Shown: positions 18,697 to 25,851 of the stretch, piece after piece | Position numbering within the stretch: the stretch's first letter is position 1 | Layout: each line of letters begins with the position of its first letter | NCBI GenBank assembly: GCA_017451295.1 | Contig: JAFSPW010000057.1 | Span: 8,227 to 72,226 of the forward strand | DNA from: Clostridia bacterium | GTDB taxonomy: Bacteria > Bacillota > Clostridia > Christensenellales > CAG-138 | Direction of reading: 5' to 3' | DNA length: 64,000 bases | Translations under genes and position numbers: made by a program | Notes under the pieces: model-generated | Told to the model about the DNA's origin: nothing | The model's database searches: none | The model's input: the letters and a program-made list of their open reading frames with translations, nothing else

Positions 18697-19167
18697 TCAG
18701 CTTCCCTGAATAATCGACAGGAGCTTGCGTTTGCAGGCCCCCAAATAGCCTCTCAGCCGCAGCAAAAAGAAGCGAACAGGGTACCAGCGGCACCAGGTGT
18801 TCACATACAGCCGGTAGGGAAGGGAAGCAAAGTTCAGGGGCTTTGTGTCCCGAATGACCCCGGTGAGTATGCCCAGAATCTGCCCCTCGGCGACCGTCTC
18901 GCCGCTGATGCAGTTGTCGCCCACAATCCAGTAGGTCCCGTCCTCGTTCACCTTCAAAATCCTGTGCAGCACGTAGGCCCCCTCGGGACCCGGCCGCCGA
19001 AACAGCACCGCCTCCAGGTTTTTACACCGCTGGGGGCCCTTCTTTTCAATGATCATCAGGTCCCGCCCCTGTCGCAGCAGCGGCATCATGCTGACCCCCC
19101 GGTTGGTGTACACGAGGCGTCCGTCCCGTTCCAGCAATTCTTCAAATGTGGCAGTGGTCTCGTTCAT
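18697..19167 (-). CDS. S24/S26-family (signal-peptidase-like) serine peptidase
   Basis: GVSMMPLL (Ser nucleophile context) and HRILKV (general-base Lys context). 156 aa. Confidence 0.65.
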   Translation of the reverse strand: MNETTATFEELLERDGRLVYTNRGVSMMPLLRQGRDLMIIEKKGPQRCKNLEAVLFRRPGPEGAYVLHRILKVNEDGTYWIVGDNCISGETVAEGQILGILTGVIRDTKPLNFASLPYRLYVNTWCRWYPVRFFLLRLRGYLGACKRKLLSIIQGS

Positions 19168-19170
19168 AGC

Positions 19171-19908
19171 CTATCTTTTGAGCATGGCGGCGGAGCTGAC
19201 CTTAGCCGCCTCCAAATCCATATTGCACCACAGCCGATAGAGTTTGACCCCCTGGCCGATACGCCCCACCAGCGGGAGGGTTTTTAGCATGCCGTCCCCG
19301 CCCTCGGGCCGATAGGCCTGGCGAATAAGGTCCGCAAAGGCCTCGCTGAAGCTGATTTCCTCGATGCGGTTGCTCTCTCCCCGATGGATGATGCAGATAG
19401 CCTGCAGGGGCAGAATCTCGTTGGTGCCGTAGTTCTCCTTGCCCTGCCAGGGGTCAGCGCAGCAAAGCACCTGCCCGTCCGGTTCCAGGGCCAAAAAAGG
19501 CTTGTCCCCGTTTAGCACATGGGCCTCGGGCAGCAGCTCAAGCCAGAGCCGTGTGTGGGTGGTCTTTCCCGTGCCGGAGGGAGCCGTGAACATATAGGCC
19601 CGGCCGCCCACAGCCAAGCAGGACCCGTGGAACAACAGCTTGTCCTTCATCAGCAGCGCATCGGCCACCTTGCGTAAGATGGCCTGGGTCTCCATGTAGC
19701 GGTCGGAATACCGCCGGGGAGGCACCCCGTCCAGCTCGTCCTGGAGCCTGGCCTGCTCCCGTTCATAGGAAAGGTCCTCCGGGGAGATGGCAACGAAAAG
19801 TTCCGCCGGGCCGGAGGATAGATAGTCCCTAAAGAAGGACCGGGTATCCGGGCACAGGGCGCTGATGCCTATCTTCACGCCGCAAAGCTCTATGCTAAAG
19901 TCGTGCAT
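19171..19908 (-). CDS. HPr-kinase-related (HprK C-terminal-like) P-loop protein
   Basis: Start trimmed to MHDFSIELCG after AAAGGA. It has the P-loop APSGTGKTTH in the context LFHGSCLAVGGRAYMFTAPSGTGKTT, which is typical of the HprK-like kinases found in RiPP clusters. Confidence 0.6.
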   Translation of the reverse strand: MHDFSIELCGVKIGISALCPDTRSFFRDYLSSGPAELFVAISPEDLSYEREQARLQDELDGVPPRRYSDRYMETQAILRKVADALLMKDKLLFHGSCLAVGGRAYMFTAPSGTGKTTHTRLWLELLPEAHVLNGDKPFLALEPDGQVLCCADPWQGKENYGTNEILPLQAICIIHRGESNRIEEISFSEAFADLIRQAYRPEGGDGMLKTLPLVGRIGQGVKLYRLWCNMDLEAAKVSSAAMLKR

Positions 19909-19941
19909 TGGCTGTCCTTTCTGTCTGTGTACCTTGCAGCT

Positions 19942-19970
19942 ATTATAGTGGAAAGCCGGTTGGTTGGCAA
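19942..19970 (-). promoter_or_regulatory. near-consensus promoter for the HprK-like/S24 peptidase genes
   Basis: On the minus strand: TTGCCA (19965-19970), 17 nt spacer, TATAAT (19942-19947). Confidence 0.65.
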
Positions 19971-19996
19971 GCGGGGAAATCCCTCCCGCATGCACA

Positions 19997-20025
19997 TTGA
20001 CAGCCGGGGATATTTTTTCTATACT
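19997..20025 (+). promoter_or_regulatory. near-consensus promoter for the PqqD-ABC exporter genes
   Basis: TTGACA (19997-20002), 17 nt spacer, TATACT (20020-20025). It sits back-to-back with the minus-strand promoter. The palindrome GCGGGGAAATCCCTCCCGC lies between the two -35 boxes. Confidence 0.65.
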
Positions 20026-20073
20026 GTGTATATACAATCATGGGGCAATGGGCCCCGGAAACAGGAGCAAGAT

Positions 20074-20343
20074 ATGCAACTTCATCCAGACTTTGTTTTG
20101 CAGCAGATGCCGGGGGATATGGCCGTGCTGGTGCCCACCGGCGAGGCGGGGGAACGGTATAGGGGCATCGTCCGCCTCAACGAAACCGCCGCTTTCATCG
20201 TGGAACGGCTGCAGCAGGACACCACCCGGGAGCAGATTGTTGCCGCCCTGGGGGAGGAATACGAAGGGGACGAAAAGGACTTTTTTGCCTCCGTGGACCA
20301 CACCGTCAGCGAGCTCAAGAAGGTAGGCGCCATCCTTGACTAA
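20074..20343 (+). CDS. PqqD-family protein (RiPP recognition element-like)
   Basis: 89 aa, with ATG after AGGAGCAAGAT. PqqD-like pattern MAVLVPTGE...IVRLNETAAFIVERLQQDTTREQIVAAL. Confidence 0.7.
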   Translation: MQLHPDFVLQQMPGDMAVLVPTGEAGERYRGIVRLNETAAFIVERLQQDTTREQIVAALGEEYEGDEKDFFASVDHTVSELKKVGAILD

Positions 20344-20401
20344 GGAAGCCAAAAGAGAAGCACCGAAGCAGGACCGGCGCCTGATTTCCAAGGAACGGGG
20401 C

Positions 20402-22120
20402 ATGTCCCTGTCCACGCTTCGCTGGCTGTATCAGGTTCCCGGCAAGAAGCGGGGGTACGTGCTGTCCCTGTCGGCCCTGTATGCCCTGACGGGCTCCATG
20501 GGCGTGGTCTATGCCCTGCTGATGCGCGCCATTGTGGATAGCGCCGTGGCGGGGAACATGACCGCCTTTTGGGAAAATGTGCTGTACATCGTGGCTTTGG
20601 TAGCGGTGCGCCTGGGGCTCAACGCCCTCATCCGGTGGCTGGACGAGCAGGCCAGAACGGACCTCGAGAATTGCTTCAAGCAGCGGCTGACAAAAAGCAT
20701 CCTCAAAAAGGACTATGCCTCCGTCAGCGCCATCCACTCCGGGGAATGGATGAACCGCCTCACGAGCGACACCGGCGTGGTGGCCGGGGGTTTTGTGGAC
20801 ATTCTGCCGGGCTTGGTGGGCACCCTGGTCCGCCTTGTCAGCGCCCTCGTCATGATTATCGCCCTGGATGCCTGGTTTGCCTATATCCTTCTGCCCGGAG
20901 GTCTGCTGCTGGTAGGGCTGACCTATGCCTTTCGCAAGGTGCTCAAACGCCTCCACAAGTCCATCCAGGAGGCGGACGGCCGCCTGCGTATCTTCTTGCA
21001 GGAGCGCATCGGCGGGCTGCTGATGATTAAATCCTTCGCCGCCGAGGAGGCTACCGAGGCTGCCGCAGCGGACTATATGCGCCGGCATAAGGCCGCCCGT
21101 ATGCGCCGCCTTCGCTTCTCCAACTTCTGCAACGTGGGCTTTGGCGCCGCCATGCAGGGCATGTATCTGCTGGGCGCCGTCTACTGCGCTTACGGTATTC
21201 TAAACGGCACCGTGTCCTACGGCACCATGACCGCCGTGATGCAGCTTATCGGCCAGGTCCAGGCGCCCTTTGCCAACATCAGCGGCTACCTGCCCCGGTT
21301 CTATGCCATGTCCGCCAGTGCCGAACGGCTCATGGAGGTGGAAAACTTTGCGGACGACGGCACCGAAAACCCCCTGTCCATGGAGGCTGTCAACGGCTTC
21401 TATGAGCAAGAGCTTGCGGCGGTGGGCCTGCAGAATGCGTCCTTTACCTATTATGCCCAGGCCGAAAGCATGGACCAGCTAAATAAGGACAACATGCCCG
21501 TGGTACTTAGGGACTTTTCCGTGGAGATTTCCAAAGGGGAGTATGTGGCCTTTACGGGTCACAGCGGCTGCGGCAAGTCCACGGCCCTGAAGCTCTTCAT
21601 GTGCATGTACCGTCTGGACGGCGGCAGCCGCTATATCCGCACCACCGACGGCATGGAGTGGGACCTGTCCCCCGATTGGCGGCGGCTCTTTGCCTATGTG
21701 CCGCAGGGGAACCAGCTGGTCAGCGACACCATCCGCCGCACGGTGGCCTTCTCGGATGTGGAACGGGCGGGGGAGGAGGAAGCCCTTTGGCAAGCGCTGC
21801 AAATCGCCTGCGCCGATGAGTTCGTCAGGGAGTTGGAAAACGGCCTTGACACCAAGCTGGGGGAGAGGGGCACCGGCCTTTCCGAAGGCCAGATGCAGCG
21901 CATCGCCATCGCTCGGGCCATCTTCTCCGGCAGCCCCGTGCTGCTGCTGGACGAAGCCACCAGCGCCCTGGACGAGCAGACGGAGGAACGGCTCCTTCAG
22001 AACCTGCGGAGCCTGACGGACAAGACCGTCCTCATCGTCACCCACCGCCCCGCCGCCCTGAAGATCTGCGACCGGGTCCTTCACTTCACGGAGGATGGGG
22101 TAGAGACGGCGAAAAGCTGA
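20402..22120 (+). CDS. ABC exporter, fused permease/ATPase
   Basis: N-terminal six-TM domain plus an NBD with Walker A GHSGCGKST, signature LSEGQMQRIAIARA and Walker B VLLLDEATSALD. There is no C39 peptidase domain. Start at ATG 20402 after AAGGAA; the alternative TTG at 20336 overlaps pqqD. Confidence 0.88.
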   Translation: MSLSTLRWLYQVPGKKRGYVLSLSALYALTGSMGVVYALLMRAIVDSAVAGNMTAFWENVLYIVALVAVRLGLNALIRWLDEQARTDLENCFKQRLTKSILKKDYASVSAIHSGEWMNRLTSDTGVVAGGFVDILPGLVGTLVRLVSALVMIIALDAWFAYILLPGGLLLVGLTYAFRKVLKRLHKSIQEADGRLRIFLQERIGGLLMIKSFAAEEATEAAAADYMRRHKAARMRRLRFSNFCNVGFGAAMQGMYLLGAVYCAYGILNGTVSYGTMTAVMQLIGQVQAPFANISGYLPRFYAMSASAERLMEVENFADDGTENPLSMEAVNGFYEQELAAVGLQNASFTYYAQAESMDQLNKDNMPVVLRDFSVEISKGEYVAFTGHSGCGKSTALKLFMCMYRLDGGSRYIRTTDGMEWDLSPDWRRLFAYVPQGNQLVSDTIRRTVAFSDVERAGEEEALWQALQIACADEFVRELENGLDTKLGERGTGLSEGQMQRIAIARAIFSGSPVLLLDEATSALDEQTEERLLQNLRSLTDKTVLIVTHRPAALKICDRVLHFTEDGVETAKS

Positions 22121-22145
22121 CCTTTGCAATTTAAAAGGTTCGTCA

Positions 22146-22190
22146 ACGAATTTGGATAGCCAAATTCGTGATGTAAGGGTATGCCCTTAC
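22146..22190. terminator. two adjacent perfect hairpins between the convergent ABC exporter and the island operon
   Basis: ACGAATTTGG-atag-CCAAATTCGT (22146-22169) and GTAAGGG-tatg-CCCTTAC (22173-22190). Confidence 0.55.
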
Positions 22191-22202
22191 ACCCCGGCGA
22201 CA

Positions 22203-23795
22203 TTACAGGCTGAAATCCGCCGTGTTGTCGCGCTGATAGGAACACCAGTTGCCGTTTTCGATCAGTTCTTCGCGGGCAATCAATCGAAGCAGCGCATCGC
22301 ATTCGCCGAAACGGTCGATGCGATCGAGGACGGCGGCATAAAAGCGCTCCATTTTGACATGATCGGATGTTGTGCGCGAAAGCGACAGGCGTCCGTAATA
22401 GTTTGAGATAAACAGCGTTGCCGCCGAAATGCTGCCGAGCAGCAGCTTGGACAGCGTACGATAGAATTCGGCGTTTGCGATTTTCTGCGAAAACGGCAGC
22501 AAGCCGCCCCAAATGAGCTCGAAGAGCAACACCGCAAGATACAGCAGAATACTAACCCAAAGAGCAACGCGGACGATGCGTTCGCTCCCCTTGTGCGTGC
22601 GCTTTGACCAACCGACGGACCGTTCGTGATACCTGCGCTGTGCGTCGACCCATGCGTCACGGATGCGATTTGACCGATCCGGCGGAATGCCGACAGACAG
22701 AACTTTCAGCGCGGAGGCGACCCATCCGGTTTCCGTCTTGCCGGTCCACGGCAAAACATCGGCGGCGGAAATGCCGCTTCCGGCATAGCGTAAAAACGCC
22801 TGCACGCGCAGTCCCTCCGCCAGCATCCGATATTCGAGATAGCGCCGGTGCGAAGCAAAGCGGTTCCCGTACCGCTGCACAAGCCATGCAAGCAGCAGCA
22901 TTCCGCCGCAAACGAGAATCATTCCGTGCAATTCGGCTTCGTCATATAGAAGAAACGCAATCGTGATGACCGTGCTGATGATCGCAAGCGCGGCAAGAAT
23001 GCGGCGGTACTGTTTGGCAAAACGAACGCTCAAAGAATCCGCCTTTGCATACAGAGTTTCCATACGGTCGAGCTGCCTGTCCGGTTCCCGATCTGACGGC
23101 AAAAGCGCAGATTCGGATGCGGGCGCTTTCTTCGCCAGCCGGTTGAACTCGTCGGTCCGGGACAGCGTTTCGTCAAAAGCGGCACGGTCCCCGAGAAAAC
23201 GCACCGCTCCGGCGGCACTCGTTTCGTCACCTTTCCGCGGCGAAAGGATATGCAGCACGGGACAGCAGCCCCCGAGCGGAATCGAATCTTCCGGTGAATA
23301 ATCGCCGTCCAGAGCGCAATGCACGATCGCCGCCGTGCCGCAGTCTGAAGCGGGCGATTCCGCTCCGTCCCAAAGCGCGAGCAGCACATGGGCGTGCGAA
23401 GCAACATATACGCCCGCCTGCCGATACGCAAAGTCCCGATCCTTCGACGCGGGTGCGCGCTCCGTGTTGGGCGCAACAAAACAATCTTCCGCCGCGTCGC
23501 AAAGGGCCCGGAATGCGGGAAGCGCTTCCCCGGAAAAGTCCTTTTCATATTCCGTCCGATCCATCGGAAAAACGGCGATCAGCGACACACAAAGCGCCTG
23601 TGCGACCTCGGCGCAGAGGCGATCCGCACCGTCCGCAAGGCTGTTTTGCATCACGATTTTGGAATGCGGGCACCTGCTTTGCAGTGCCATGAGTTCCTGT
23701 TTGACTGCGTTGTATAAAACGTCGCGGTCCTCCGGACGGATGTCTCGATGTCCCGTTACGCCGACGACGATCGGGATCGTATCCTGCTCTGCCAT
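22203..23795 (-). CDS. SLOG-like (YpsA/LOG/DprA-type Rossmannoid) domain fused to four TM helices (2 x SLATT-like 2TM modules)
   Basis: 530 aa. The N-terminus has IVVGVTGHRD...SLADGADRLCAEVAQAL...AHVLLALWDG..SDCGTAAIV, matching the SLOG pattern G-TGhR / G-A-G-D / ..D.....G. TM helices: ILAALAIISTVITIAFLLY, GMILVCGGMLLLAWLV, IVRVALWVSILLYLAVLLFELIW, LLLGSISAATLFISNYY. SD AAGGAG. Domain calls are by eye. Confidence 0.6.
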   Translation of the reverse strand: MAEQDTIPIVVGVTGHRDIRPEDRDVLYNAVKQELMALQSRCPHSKIVMQNSLADGADRLCAEVAQALCVSLIAVFPMDRTEYEKDFSGEALPAFRALCDAAEDCFVAPNTERAPASKDRDFAYRQAGVYVASHAHVLLALWDGAESPASDCGTAAIVHCALDGDYSPEDSIPLGGCCPVLHILSPRKGDETSAAGAVRFLGDRAAFDETLSRTDEFNRLAKKAPASESALLPSDREPDRQLDRMETLYAKADSLSVRFAKQYRRILAALAIISTVITIAFLLYDEAELHGMILVCGGMLLLAWLVQRYGNRFASHRRYLEYRMLAEGLRVQAFLRYAGSGISAADVLPWTGKTETGWVASALKVLSVGIPPDRSNRIRDAWVDAQRRYHERSVGWSKRTHKGSERIVRVALWVSILLYLAVLLFELIWGGLLPFSQKIANAEFYRTLSKLLLGSISAATLFISNYYGRLSLSRTTSDHVKMERFYAAVLDRIDRFGECDALLRLIAREELIENGNWCSYQRDNTADFSL

Positions 23796-23808
23796 ACGCT
23801 CTCCTTTT

Positions 23809-25839
23809 TCAATCGAGTTTGTAAATCCGCAGACCGTCGAACTTACGGATCAGCTTCAGCATAGAATTGAATGGTTTCCAATCCTTGCCCTGATCCTTCT
23901 CGGACAGGTTGAGATAGTGCCGCGCAATCTCCAGTTCCCCAAAATCGCCGTTCATACACAGCTTGTGCTGCCGCATCTGCTCCCGCAGCGCATAGCGGTT
24001 CGGCTCGTCGTCTGTCGTTACGGTCTCATACAGGCTTCCTGCCGTCCAGCCCATCGCGCGGTGTGCGCGCACCCAGCGGGCATGCTCCATCGGCGCGAAC
24101 ACGGCGGTCTGCTCGGGGGTGAATGCACGCAGCATTTCAAAGTCCACGGGGCGATCCGTATAGAAGCAGCCGATCGCGTTCAGATATTTCGAGAAGCTTT
24201 TGACCTGATTGATGTTGCTGAGCTGATATTCGAGCGACATCGTGTCAAAGTCGCGTTCGAGCTGTTCCACGGAAATCTCCTGTTCCCGCCCCTCATACCG
24301 GTAGCGTCCGTTGATTGCCACGGCAAAGTCGTACATGTGTAAAAAGCTGCTGCCGGACAGATAGGTATGCTTGCTTTTGCGATCTGCGGTGCGCAAAAAA
24401 GTCGTGATAAACAGCGGATAGCCGCTTAGATCGACGATCTTTTCAATGTCCGTTCGGAAACGCTGCTCCTTTTCCGCCATATCGCTGTACGCTTTGAGAC
24501 GCGGCGGCGCATCCTGCCGGTCGCCCTGCTCCCATGCGCGGTAGCGCGCTTCATATTCTCCGATCTTTTCGGACTCCTCCGCGTCGAAGCAATAGAGCGC
24601 ATGGATCATGCCTCTGCCGAAATCGAACTCAGCGTCCATCGGATGCAGTTCAGTGCGTGAATTCCGACCGTAAGCGGTGCGATCCCAGCATTGCAGTTCG
24701 TCGCACAGCATCAAAAGGTATGCAAGCGGATGCAGCTCGGCTTTCAGCGGCGGCTTGCACTTGTCCCTGTCCTTATAAAACGCGATCGCGAATTTAAAGA
24801 GACTGTTGTGCAGCATGATCGCGGTCAATGCATCGATGTGCGCTGCGGTCAACGCCTCTTCGCCGAGCACTTCGCAAAGCTCCTGATACAGCCGTGTTGC
24901 GGAAAAGTATGCATGATCCATAAAGTACCCGAACCGGTTCGGCTCGGTCGGCTTGCGGCGGATCGTATCGAGCAGGTCATCCTCAAAAATGTCATATGCC
25001 GTACCGAGGCGCTTTGCAATGCCGTAGGCAAGCAAATCTTCGACGGACTCGAATGGACGGGAAAACAGCTTTGCAAAGTGCGCCTTTTGCGCGTCGCTCA
25101 TGCCGGACAGATAATCGAGATCGCGATACGCCAAAAACAAGCTGCCCTTGCCGCGCTTTTTGCGATCGACCTCAAAATAAGCCAACACCTGTTCAAACGG
25201 GATCTCAAACGGATAGCCGATATCATGAAACAGCGCGGTCAAGCCCCAATATTCGAGAAAGAATGCCGCAGCACGATGCTCGTCCCGTTCCGGCGTGAAC
25301 CCGTAGAACGCCTGAAATGTCTTTCGGAAATCCTCGTTTGTTTCAAAGATTGCAAGACCGAGCGCAAACACATAGACCGAGTGCGAATAATGATCGCGAT
25401 GCTTCATCAGCAGCGAGCTTGCGTTCGATTCAAACTCCGACAAGAGCTCGATCATCTTGCTCGACCGCCCGTAAGCGCCGAGGAACATCTTCAAAAAACA
25501 GTAATAAACGGTATAAGCATCCTCGGCAACGCCGGAGTCGATGAAGTTCTCCAGCTCACGCTCAAGGCAGAGTCGGTCGATGTCCATCTGCATATTGTAC
25601 GGGATCTGATTCGGATAAAAGCTTGTGCCGAGATACTGCCCGGTTTCGTCCTCCCGCTTCGCCGTCTCGGATGAAAAGCGCAGTCCCTCGCACCGCTCGT
25701 GCAAAAACCGCAGCGCGGCGGACTTCAGATCGCTGCCCGTTCTGCCCGCGCCGAACATCGCCGGTTCAAACGGACCGACATCCACGTTATAGCGTTCTTT
25801 GTTGATCCTTCGCATCTGTTCCAAAGCCGTGTATGCCAT
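23809..25839 (-). CDS. HD-superfamily phosphohydrolase with RyR-like C-terminal domain
   Basis: 676 aa with an H...HD...D set: HRDHYSHSVYVFALG, LTALFHDIGYPFE, LLMLCDELQCWDRTAY. The C-terminus FAPMEHARWVRAHRAMGWTAGSLYE resembles the RyR repeat (E-x-W...GW-x-G). SD GGAGG. Confidence 0.65.
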   Translation of the reverse strand: MAYTALEQMRRINKERYNVDVGPFEPAMFGAGRTGSDLKSAALRFLHERCEGLRFSSETAKREDETGQYLGTSFYPNQIPYNMQMDIDRLCLERELENFIDSGVAEDAYTVYYCFLKMFLGAYGRSSKMIELLSEFESNASSLLMKHRDHYSHSVYVFALGLAIFETNEDFRKTFQAFYGFTPERDEHRAAAFFLEYWGLTALFHDIGYPFEIPFEQVLAYFEVDRKKRGKGSLFLAYRDLDYLSGMSDAQKAHFAKLFSRPFESVEDLLAYGIAKRLGTAYDIFEDDLLDTIRRKPTEPNRFGYFMDHAYFSATRLYQELCEVLGEEALTAAHIDALTAIMLHNSLFKFAIAFYKDRDKCKPPLKAELHPLAYLLMLCDELQCWDRTAYGRNSRTELHPMDAEFDFGRGMIHALYCFDAEESEKIGEYEARYRAWEQGDRQDAPPRLKAYSDMAEKEQRFRTDIEKIVDLSGYPLFITTFLRTADRKSKHTYLSGSSFLHMYDFAVAINGRYRYEGREQEISVEQLERDFDTMSLEYQLSNINQVKSFSKYLNAIGCFYTDRPVDFEMLRAFTPEQTAVFAPMEHARWVRAHRAMGWTAGSLYETVTTDDEPNRYALREQMRQHKLCMNGDFGELEIARHYLNLSEKDQGKDWKPFNSMLKLIRKFDGLRIYKLD

Positions 25840-25851
25840 GGTGAGTCCTCC

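Noticed and set aside
20040-20162. 40-codon ORF (MGQWAPETGARYATSSRLCF...) between the plus-strand promoter and pqqD, considered as a precursor peptide.
   Set aside because: It has no SD and would start only ~8 nt from the predicted TSS. It overlaps the pqqD start and has a Gly/Ala/Arg-rich shadow-like composition.
19964-20326. Cys-rich alternative-frame ORF (..CNFIQTLFCSRCRGIWPCWCPP..) overlapping the PqqD gene, considered as a hidden RiPP precursor.
   Set aside because: It overlaps the entire pqqD reading frame out of frame. It has no SD and begins upstream of the mapped promoter. It is most likely a shadow ORF.
22121-22128. 8-nt direct repeat CCTTTGCA at both island edges (22121-22128 and 32054-32061), considered as a target-site duplication.
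   Set aside because: An 8-mer match within junction regions of a few hundred bp is expected by chance. The right copy lies between rplT and its own terminator, which is an implausible insertion point.
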